A DNA stretch of 64,000 nt from Entomortierella parvispora E1425 (lineage: Eukaryota > Fungi > Mortierellomycota). The position numbers were made by a program, and so were the translations under genes. Under the pieces are notes generated by a model. It made no database searches. It was not told the origin of the DNA and worked only from the letters and a program-made list of their open reading frames with translations. The stretch is from the NCBI GenBank assembly GCA_020891255.1, contig BQFW01000011.1:558001-622000 (forward strand), written 5' to 3'. Positions 36,038 to 46,860 of this stretch are shown piece after piece; within the stretch, counting starts at the first letter, position 1; every line of letters begins with the position of its first letter.

Positions 36038-39000
36038 TCACTCGGTTCTGGCGCGTTTATCCCTCCCACCCGCGGCGCGTTGTTGCAGAGCTCTTTTGGC
36101 TTCTGTCTGGGGGGTCGGTTGCTCTCGCTTGCATTGTATACTGAGTGGCCTTTCAGATGGCGGGAGATTGTTTAATCTTTCCAAAATGTCGCGTTCTCTC
36201 TGATTCAGCTCTTTGACTGGATCGGGTGTGCTTGTCTTGACACCAGGTGTCCATTGACAATTGCCCTCCCTATCCGTGGGCTGCAAATAGTCGATTCGCG
36301 TAAAGTATGTCATCTGATGTCGGGCGGCATTGGCAATATTGTGGGCCCCGACAACGTCTCTGTGAACTCGAGACCCGCAGTGATTACAGGCCAATCGCCT
36401 CATGTTGATGCGAAACAGGAACCGATGGCAGTGTCTGCGTGGACACTTTTGGCTCGTGTAATATTCATTCACCAGAACTACGACGTAACCGAGTGACCGT
36501 AGCTAGAAAGAGCAACAGCAGTTAGTATTTGCCAGATCTTTTTGGGGCTGCAGGAATCGAAGTACATGTCATGTTTGTTCAACTTACAACTCGAATAAGA
36601 TAGGCAGTAAATGTGCTGTCCATGGATTCCAGGCCCTTGTTGTATCTAGACCCGCCTTGTCCTATTGCCACCAAGACCTTTTCGTCCGGTCTTCGTCGGC
36701 GCCCGATGCTGCCTCCAAACGACTTCATGATACGGTCTGCCATGATGGCAAACTCGGCCTCCATCGCCTTCTTCAGATCCCAATGCCTTTTCTTGTATTT
36801 CTGGCTCCCGTAAAACGCATCAAGTTTTTCGGCAACCTTCTCCATCTCTTGCATATACTTTGTGAAGGATGCCTGTGGCCCATGCAGTGGTGGAAGACGT
36901 CTGAGTATATCAGCGATGCTCTCTTCGGCGTCGATTGGTACAATATTGGCAGGTGCAGCATTGGCGGGTGCAGCATTGGCGGGTGCAACATTGGTAGGTG
37001 CAACATTGGTAGGTGCTACTGCCATTGGCTGCGATCGGGAGTGATTTTCCAGACGAAACTGAGCCTGACGTACAAGTTCTGCTGCTTCGTTCATTTTTAC
37101 AACAAGAAGAGCTTTGGCGTCCGTTGGGAGCAGTGTTGATAGCTCTGGATCTGGCGGTCCCGTTGTATGAGCCCTGGGGTTTGTTGCTGCTGTTGATAGT
37201 GCCTGCGCATTCGAGGCAGAAGCTTGGGAACTTGTGGAGGCCCCTTCTACTGAGGGCGTCGAAAAGGACTGCAAGAGTGCTGGGGAGATCAAGCTTGGTA
37301 ACGACACTGGAGATATTGCTGATGAAGCTGTGATCAATGGTGCCTCTGCGGAGAGCGGAACTGACCGTAGCATCTTCTTGGACTCCTCCTCAAGCCAAGC
37401 GCGATGCTTGAGAATTGGTTGGTATGCAGCTTTCTGACTGATGGTAAGGTTGCGAAAGCTCGGACTGATCGTAGGATCCTGAACGCTTGGGCTGCTCGCA
37501 GACTCCGGTAGCAATACATGCACACCAACAATAAACCGATCCCCAGGATCGATGCCAACAACTGTGATGTCGCTTGGGCTGCAGTCGCCGTAGTAGCGTT
37601 GTACGTCTCCCTCATTCTTGAAGACATGGCGGATCTCGGATGGGAAGTAGTCGAGCCCACGGATAGTGGAGGTTGGAGAGACGGGCATCCGATCTGATGG
37701 CAGCCGCTTGTATTTGACCATATTCAGTTCTCGAATCTTGAAGACGTTAACGTGGAGCTTCGTTCCGTTTGTAGTAATGGAGCCTTGCAGGTAATAACCC
37801 TTGTCCTCATATGCATTCGGGTCAAAGTCCTCGCTCCCCAGTCTTTGAAGGTGAGCCTCGAGCTCCAAAGTGTTGGCATCGATGATTTTCGCCTTCATTC
37901 CTCGCTTCTTCCGTTCTCGTCTTGAAAAATTGTTGCGACCGATTCTGCAGACGAATTCTTTAACGATGGCCCCAGGTGATTGCCTTCCCACCCATGATTT
38001 GGTGTCTTCCAGAGTGGGCTCCCTAGACAAGCCTGCGCCCCCAAAGTCGCCTTGGACCATTTCCTGCAGCCTGGACTTTAGGTCAGCATGATACCAGAAC
38101 AATTGTGCAAGCTGGTGGTCGGTCCATGTGATGTGAGGGTCGCTCAAATGGGTGAGAGGGAAGAGCACATGGGTCTTGCCGTCCAGAATGTTTAATCTCC
38201 AAAAGTTCTCGATCGCGGACTCATTTTCACGAATTGAATGATCCTCTCCGTGGATTTGAGCGCCGTCCTCTTCGAGCTGCGTACAATGAAAACAAAAGAC
38301 CGGATTGTTATTAAACACGCGCTGATAAAATAATCCGGCTCTGAAGCGCGATATCACATACCTTTTCTTTGATTGCAAGACTCGTATTGATATAGTGGCG
38401 TTGGATCTGGCCCTGAACGGTCCTTAACCAGGGTTCAACCAAAACAGTGGCAGAATAGGGACAGTTTTCACTCTGATAAGGAAAACCTCTGTCCTTGATT
38501 CCATAAAAGCGCAGTCGCTCTCGAAAGGCTCTGAGGGCTTCTGTTGTTCCAGGATTTTCTGATATGAGAAAACGGGCAAAGCAGGCCAGAAAGTTGCGTT
38601 GTTGAGAATTGTTGACTTTCTTGCGCTTTTTTGGTTTGCTCCCGCTGCTCGCACTGACACTGCTGACGTCAGGACTGGTGCCTTCAGAACCAGGAATCCT
38701 TGGGCAAATAAGATCCAAGAAAGTTCTGTCCTTATTGTCAACCACTGACTGCGCTAGAACCGCCTCAATGTAGCGTCCAAATATCCGCTCAATTTGTCTC
38801 CTGGCTGCTGTACTCACTTTCGCCGCCAAGGCAAGGCAATCGACGACTGTTTGGCCATAGTTACCCTTCTTACAAGCCTGAAGAATGTTCGCCTTTAGAC
38901 ATCCGACTTTAGCTGTGACAAACGGATGATGACGACGCAGGTCTCTCTGCATTTGCTCTCTGGGATGAACCCTGCGCTTAGTTCCATCAACTGCTGCGTT

Positions 39001-40554
39001 ATCAACCACAGTGTTGCCCTCCTGGGCGCAGCCACTTTCGTCATTTTCCACCTCATCCTCGTCCTCATCCTCATCCTCCTTGCTGCTCTCTTCCTCCTGG
39101 GCAGGTTTTTGGTACGACTTCCAGTAATATTGCTCAGCCTCCAGTGTTGGTCCATGGTCTTTGGCCTGTCGTTCATGATACGAGTAGCGTGGTTTGATGT
39201 GCCTGTTTTTCGCGAGACTGACATCTGCCGCTGAAGGTCGATCGATTGTTCTGAATGGGTTGAAAGTCTGCTTTGAACCATGCCTCTTCGATGAAGGGTA
39301 AAGTGACGAGCTATGACAAAAGTCATGACAGTGTGAATATCAGCGAAAAAGGTACAGGAGTATAGTATGCCAATGGAGGATGCAAAGAGAAGGTTCGGGA
39401 ACTTACATCGCTTGTTCTTGTCCAGACAGCCTGGCGTCACGGCGCCTCTTTTCAAGACCGGCCTTAATTTCCTCGAGGTCTTTACAGACACTGACCCATG
39501 TAAAGGGCAGCAGGGTATCCGTTGGCGCTTGCGCTGCCGTCTGCACCTTGTCCACAAAGACGCGTCTTGAACCCGCAAACATTTGGGGATCAATGTTCTT
39601 GGCCGCCAAAAAGACGATGGGAAAGGAACCGTTCAACCATCTGCTCGACCCCAATGTACGCAGACGCGTCTGAAAACGAACAGATAACGATGATCGTTAG
39701 TTTGTACTCACAATACATAGAAACAGAAAGAAACAAACAGAGGAGTTTATATTACCTGCATCGCCAGAGTCAAGTTGCTTGATAACATCAAGAGTCTTGA
39801 CTGACCCGAATCCCTCAACGTTCTTGTTATAGTCATTTTTGCTCACGATTGCAAAAGTTGTGAGCTGGACTCGGCTTAGATCCAGCGAGGACATCACTTT
39901 CTCAACCGCACTCACAAGAAAGCGATCTTTGGATATAGGGACAACTACGGTGTGAATAGTGTCGTAGGCGAACATGTCGCTGTCCCGAGACACAACAACA
40001 TCGTGCGTTTGGCAGTCGGACGCGATTTCAGGATCTGCCTCAAAGCTACACACCCTGGCGTCGAATCCCTGCTGAATGAGAAACTGGACAAGATTGCTCT
40101 TGATCTCTGCGGGGAAATAGTAGGCGCTTGATAACAGGCGATGGGCCTTGTTGAACAGGCCTTTCGAGATGCGTTTGTCGTGGAGAGCTCTTTGCTGTAT
40201 ATCCTCCACAGTTGCTTTGGCTGCAATCAGCGACTTTTGCTGTTCTTGATGTCGAGACTTTGCCGTTGCCTGCTTTTCTTCGCAGGGCTTTCCATCAAAG
40301 TAGAGAACGACGCTACTCTTAGGGACTCCACTTGTCTGTAAGAAATGGTTGATCAAAGCCAGCACTTTCTGGTGACCGATCTCCCATTTTTTCGTCGTGT
40401 GATAACCGTAGTATGACCGAAGTTGACCAAAATACGTTGCCTGCATGTCGATCCTAATTTTTGTTCCTTCTGTGCACAGTTGATCGAGCGAAAGCACAAG
40501 ATCTGGACGAAAGTTGACAGCGTCGAGTCTCTCTCGTAGAGCGGGCCACCCCAT
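36038..40554 (-). CDS. FEN1/XPG-like (PIN) 5'-nuclease fused to Fanzor (TnpB-like RuvC + Zn finger); exons 40554-39756, 39669-39407, 39310-38362, 38276-36588, 36502-36038; one apparent +1 frameshift
   Basis: N-terminal motifs: MGWPAL, IRIDM, LYFDG, FEAD, SRDSD, and H3TH 'IVSKNDYNKNVEGFG'. C-terminal motifs: RuvC-I 'VVGIDPG', RuvC-II 'VNEYYTSQKCP', CX4C...CX2C, RuvC-III 'HRDVVGAHNIA'. Exon lengths sum to 4165 nt (1388 codons + 1 nt). Confidence 0.85.
36945..37019. repeat. Coding minisatellite, 5 x 15 nt (ATTGGYRGGTGCWRC), encoding (V/A)AP(T/A)N repeats inside the Fanzor gene
   Basis: Five consecutive near-identical units read directly. Confidence 0.9.
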
Positions 40555-41582
40555 GTTGAAGTAAAAGGAAGAAACTGCAAGGAACAGAAATGCGCCCCAC
40601 GGAGGAGGATCAGCAGTGAGAGTATGTGGATAGTGTCAAAGTAAAAAGAGTAGGACAAATGGAGTGGTTTGATAAAAAAGTAGGAATATTCACGCCTGGC
40701 AGAGGTTTACTGGTAGTGAACTTGAAGAGAGAAAGAGAGAATAAAGGTCAAGAAGAGGGAAAGAAAGAGAGAAAGCAAGAGAGAAAGCTTGATGAAATCA
40801 ACAGCTTGACAGCTTCATAGAATCAGTAAAGGCGACCAGGCGCACCACAGATTCATAAGCTTTTCCTGTGTGCCATCACTTCACGACCGCATCTTGATGG
40901 CTCCCCCGAGTTACACTTTTGAAATTTGAATATGATGGATACACAGGTTGCAGACACTGCTTGTATGGCACTATTTATTTTGGACCTTAGGCAACAACAG
41001 CAGGCCCCTGGGAACAACGACAACAGATTCACTGCACCACTATTCTTTGTCAATGTGAGTTGGCAGGGACATAATACAAAAAACCCAACAACTCTGGACC
41101 AGAGCTGTTTGTTATTTTCCGTTTCGTGTTGTCTGGTGGCGATAGACGCAACTCTGCGGCTACTCTTTTACTCTTTCCCCCCTTTATCCCGGATGGTGTT
41201 TACCAACATGTGAGATATGAAGTTGGCGATGGTGCTGGTGCCGCTCCAGTCCAGGCAGGTTCTTTCACGATTCACAAAAATCGGATGGGCAAAGGATCAA
41301 CGCAATTTCATGAAAAATAGTGACTATGGATTATCCTGGACAAATAAGTACACCCATGAAGTGCCATTATATCACGTGACTCATAAGTTCGGCTGGCTAT
41401 TTTGACCTTCGCCCGAGGCAAGAGTGGAAAGAGAGTGTGGGAATGTTGCTGTGGTCTGCGGCTGCGTCCATCATCTGTGTCCATCTCTCCATTCGTTGAA
41501 CTGCTGTTGTATCATCTTTCCCTCTCCCCTCCATTCTGCGCACTTCCACTCCACTCCACTCCTTAGACGTCCAGCCTTTAAT

Positions 41583-42977
41583 ATGGCTTCTCAGGAACAG
41601 CAGGACAGTCAACCGCTTTGGTCAAGCCCAGACACCGCCCCTAACTCCCCCACACTCTACAAAAACTCCGCAGCCAGCAATGCTGTGTCGGACTCAACGC
41701 CTGCATGGACTCCAGGACAGGAGTTGGGAGCCAAGCTGGTCTTTGGCGGCCTTGGTTGTATGATTGCCGTCGTTTTTACCCATCCTGTAGATGTCATCAA
41801 GACGCGCCTTCAGCTCCAAGGAGAGGCAGCCGCCCCTTCCCTGGCAGCTCTCTCACACACTTCTGCGCAACACAGTCCTGCGACCCCCTCCTCTTCCTCC
41901 TCGCTCTCGACCGTCTCAGGATCAATACAGAGCGGGCTCAAGCATCACACTGGGATGGCGACCCTCACCACGGCGACAACCACTGCTACTACCTCTGCAA
42001 CAACTAGTCCGAGTCTACGCTTGTTCCCTTTGCTAAGACAGATCATGCGAACAGAGGGACCTAGAGTCTTTGTAGCAGGATTAGCGCCGGCAGTCCTTCG
42101 AGAGAGTGTCTATTCCACCATTCGCTTTGGGAGTTATGATCTATTCAAGGGAATATATAGCGGGATGGGATCCAAGGGTGCGAGAGGAGGCGAAGAGACA
42201 TCGACATTTGTCAAACTCATGTCTGGATTGACTTCGGGATTGCTCGGCAGTACCATTGCTAACCCGACAGATCTGATCAAAGGCAAGTCAAAGATGTCGC
42301 ACTTTCGATGACCTAAGCATTCACAGAGACAAGACCTAACAGGGCGGCACGTTTTTTTTATCACACAGTCCGGATGCAGGCCTTTTGGCCCAGCGGAAAG
42401 CCTCGATATGCCTCCATTGCGGATGCTTGCAAGTCCATTTACGTAGAAGAGGGCATCCCAGGACTCTATCGAGGCGTGGTTCCTACTGCGGCACGCGCCA
42501 TGGTCGTCACTGCTTCACAGCTCGCTTCTTATGATACCACGAAGCATTGGCTCCTCAAGCTGCAAGATCGGGAAGGACAGTTTCGCTTCCGAGAAGGATA
42601 CCTTGTTCATTTCTGTGCCAGCACGGTTGCAGGTATAAAATTGCAGATGGCAATTGGGAAGGAAATTGTGAGCCAGCTATTCACATTTTTTTTCACTCTC
42701 TCTCTTTCAAACTTCTCTAGGCCTTGTATGCTCCATCTCTACCTCTCCTATCGACACAGTCAAGGTCCGTTATATGAACCAACAATTCAGTGCTAGCGGA
42801 AAGGGCGTTATGTACAAATCGGCCATTGACTGTGCAATCAAGACTGTACAACGGGAGGGACCATTGGCACTCTACAAGGGATTCCTGATGTGTTGGCTTC
42901 GACTTGGACCACACACAATGCTTTCGCTCATGATCTTTGAAAAGCTTCGGAGTTTTGTTGGCCTGAATCCTGTCTGA
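41583..42977 (+). CDS. Mitochondrial carrier (SLC25; dicarboxylate/UCP-like), 3 exons
   Basis: Three carrier signatures 'PVDVIKTRLQ', 'PTDLIK|VRMQ', 'PIDTVKVRYM'; 'GFLMCWLRLGPHT'. Confidence 0.9.
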
Positions 42978-43189
42978 ATGAAGTAGAAGTAGAAACCTAC
43001 GCATAGAAAATAGAGAAGACTTTGAACAAGGTCAAGCGTGAAAAAACGCGTTCAGGTCATGTGATTTCTGCAGGTCACGTTTTTTTGACCAATTGTCGAC
43101 TTCGACAAGAAGGGGCTCCACTGTTCGTGCATCTGATTCCTTGCATTCATTTCGACCCCACCCTCTTCTTCTCCTGTTGCCAATCTACC

Positions 43190-44698
43190 ATGGAGGGACT
43201 TTTTTACAACGCAGACGACGGCTACCTGGAGGCCATTGTGCGCGGCTACCGCTCTTCCATCCTCAACAACACCTCGTACATCAACCTGACTCAATGCGAG
43301 ACCCTGGAAGGTAAATTCCAAATTGCCTGCTTGGCGTCACCAGGCACGCATGCCTCTCCTGTCTCTTCTGAGCATTATCGTTAAACGGCACTTTCTTTGC
43401 TGAATAGATGTCAAGCTCCAATTGCAAGCTTCAGACTATGGCGGGATTCTCCAGAACGAGCCTCACATGTCCACGTCGATGCTCGCTCAGAAATGCACCG
43501 ACAAGTTGGTTCAGGAATTTGAGTACATTCGTGCCCACGCTGTCGCCCCCCTCCAACACTTTCTCGACTATATGACGTGAGTGATACATGGACCGAATTG
43601 GCATAGAGACCTCTCAGTTCACCCACAATGGATGCAAATTTTACTCTGGCAGCTAACAGGAGAAAGAAAAAATGGTGGACTGTGTCGTTCTCGTTTCCTT
43701 TTTGGATGTGTTTTAGATACGCCTACATGATCGACAATGTTATCCTCCTGATCACAGGCACGCTTCATGAACGTGACACACATGAGCTTTTGGAGCGCTG
43801 CCATCCTTTGGGTGTCTTTGACAGTATGCCGGCCCTCTGTGTCGCGACCAATGTGGCTGAGCTGTACAACTCTGTGTTGGTGGAGACGCCGTTGGCGCCC
43901 TATTTCAAGGATTGCCTTTCAGCAGAGGATTTGGACGAGATGAACATTGAGATTATTCGTAACACGCTCTATAAGGCCTACTTGGAAGACTTTTATCATT
44001 TTTCACAGTCATTTGGCGGACCCACAGCAGAGATCATGGGCGAGCTTCTCCAGGTAAATGCAGTACCTAGAACAAAACGAGAGGCGATCTACTTGGTTGA
44101 GCACTATCGTTCACAGCATGTTACCAACGAGGATCTAGCTACTAAGACGACATTTACCCCCCTCTCTCTCTGCTTTATAGTTTGAGGCGGACCGTCGATC
44201 CCTGAACATTACCATTAACTCATTCGGCACAGAGTTGACCAAGGACGATCGTGCAAAGCTCTTCCCCAATGTTGGACGTCTATACCCTGAGGGTAACCTC
44301 AAGCTTGCAAAGTCTGACGATATTGACCAAGTCAAGGCGACATGCGATGTGTTCCTGGTATATTTCTTTTCTTTAATCTCCTTTTCGTGGGCTTCACCCT
44401 CCTTGATCGACAGAGCGGACTACTCACTTTTTTTTTCTGATTTTCTTGCCATCGTTAGGAGTATCGCCAGTTCTTTGACGGCACCTCTGGAGCGGGAACG
44501 ACCAAGACATTGGAGGACCGCTTCTTTGAATATGAGGTCCACCTGAACAAGAAGTCATTCCAGCAGCAATTCCACTATGCCATTTTCTACTCATTCCTTA
44601 AGCTGAAAGAGCAGGAGATCCGAAACATTGTTTGGATCTCTGAATGTATCAGTCAGGGCCAAAAGGAGAGAATCAACAACTACATCCCCATTTTCTAA
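43190..44698 (+). CDS. VMA6: V-type ATPase subunit d, multi-exon
   Basis: '[20 protein letters not shown]', '[20 protein letters not shown]', '[15 protein letters not shown]', '[17 protein letters not shown]'. Confidence 0.96.
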
Positions 44699-44847
44699 AT
44701 GACAGCAAGAACTTTGGGAGATTGACGGATGCACACAATGGGGTGAACAGAGGAATGTTCACACAAAAAGAATAAACCCCACAATTTTTTTTTTCATGAG
44801 CTGTTCATCATTCTGTTATACTTTCAAACGTGGCGATAGAATTTATT

Positions 44848-46356
44848 TTACAAGATGTCACGTCTGAATCCGTCCAGGGTAGCACGAGCCTTCCCGCTGA
44901 CGACACTCTCTCTAGCAAGGACCACAGCATCCTCAAAGTTATCAGCCTTGCCAGCAACGACCAAAAGAGCGGCAGCGTTCAAGAGGACAAAGTCCAAGAT
45001 GGGGTGGCCAGGTGAATGGAACTTGTTATTGAGGAGATCATCCAAGATCTCTGCGTTCTCCTTGGGTCCACCTCCCTTGACTGCCGTCAGAGGGTGAGAG
45101 GGCAATCCAAACTGTGCGGGTGAAATATCCTCCTCAACAATCTCTCCGTCGACCAACCTCCAGACCTGCGGGGCAAAACATAGAGTACATGTTTAGTTAT
45201 CTTGATGCAACAATAAAGGGCGTTGCAATCATGGCAATTGCTTGCAAAGAGCGTGTAGACAAACTTACGTGCGTCTCTCCTTCGGGACTAATCTCATCCA
45301 GTCCGTTGGCACCGCAGACAACCATACCAGCGATCAAGCCCATCAGCTTCAAACTTTCAATCATCAGGGCACCCAAGCTTCTGGAATGAACACCGACGAC
45401 AACACGACGAGGCTTGGCAGGGTTGCTGAGGGGGCCCATCAAATTGAAGATGGAGGGGACACCGAGCTCTCTCCGTGGGCCAGAGGTGTTCTTCATGGCG
45501 GGATGGTATGTCTGAGCAAAGAGGAAGCAGAATCCGTGATCATCCAGCAGTTGAGCTACGTTCTCGGGTTGCACATTGTCGATCCTGCAGCCAATCTTTT
45601 CCAGAATATCAGCAGATCCACATGCAGACGAGGCGGCTCTGTTTCCATGCTAAGAGAGTGGATGCGGTAAATAGATAACAATAGATAGAAAAAAAACAAG
45701 GGTCAATTTTAGAGATGATTCTTTCTGACTGATCGTCGTTCCCTGTCCAGCCGCTCTGCTGCAGATGAACAAAATGACGAATAATTGATTCCTCGAGTGC
45801 TTCCTGGCCCGACCTCCCGTTGTAATGCAGCCAAAGAGTCGTTATGACAGAGATGGGGGAGAAAAAAAGGCCGAAAGGAAAACGAAACTCTATCGCCCAT
45901 CACAACGAGAGCACATCTGTTCAAAGTTGAGGGTCAAAGCCATTTTTTTTTTTTTGCAAGAATTACCTTGGCGACCTTGCAACCAGCACCGGCAGCGACA
46001 ATAGCGGCAGTGGTACTGACATTGAAGGTATCATGTCCATCGCCTCCAGTTCCAACAATATCGACCAATTGACTCTGCAACTCTGGCTTGTTTTCAAAGG
46101 GGATGGGCAGCCCGTGGTTGCTCATCTCAACAGCGCAGGCGGCGACGATCGCAGGCTCGGCATCGAGCTTGTTGAGCTTCAGGCCAACAAGGTAGGCACC
46201 AATCTGGGCATGGGTGGCACGGCCCTCCATGATTTCTTTTGTGGCGATGGTGGCATCTTCAGTGGTGAATGTGTCGGGGGCATGAACAAGTTTCTTGAGG
46301 ATGGGATGCATGGCAGTCTTTGTTGCGGGGACTCTTTGTGGGATGTTGGTAGTCAT
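44848..46356 (-). CDS. TRP4: Anthranilate phosphoribosyltransferase, multi-exon
   Basis: '[18 protein letters not shown]', '[12 protein letters not shown]', '[13 protein letters not shown]', 'GLDEISPEG', 'LLNAAALL'. Confidence 0.95.
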
Positions 46357-46860
46357 GTTGTGAGTGGAGAGCGAACGGCAAGTAAAAAGAAGTAAAAAGA
46401 GTGGGACAATAAGGAAGTAGCAGAGGAAGTGAAGAGAAAGAGAGTGAAAGAGAGGAGGTGCAGTAGCGGAGCAAAGAATGGACGTTACATTCGGAGGCCA
46501 GAAAACCAGCAGGGGCCAGGAGGACCAGGAACGACTGAGAGGCGCACGCACATACATACAGAGGGAGTCATCGATTGATAACAATCTCTCTCTCTGCTGC
46601 TGAGTGTGTGAGTGTGTGTGAGTGTCTCACTCAAAGTTGGTGGCACACGCACGTGACCTCTTTTTGTGCCCCCTTTTGTCTTTGCCACGAAACATGCCAT
46701 TGCTTGCATTGCATCGCATCGCACCATCGCTTTTGTTTGTGGGCCGTCCTGGTCTTCTTTCCATCCCTCCCGTTGCATTGACCACCCCAAACCCACACAC
46801 CTTCAGGAGAATAACCCAGAGCGAGTGGGCCGGAGATAGACAGACAGACACCAGCACGCC

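Noticed and set aside
36945-37019. CRISPR-like array next to a Cas12/TnpB-like nuclease
   Set aside because: The repeats are contiguous, have no spacers and are in-frame coding. This is a minisatellite, not a CRISPR array.
40585-40600. AAATGCGCCCCAC, resembling the reverse complement of the putative right end (35936-35951), as a possible TIR
   Set aside because: Only about 7-10 matching bases, just ~35 nt from the ATG, and no TSD. Compatible with chance.
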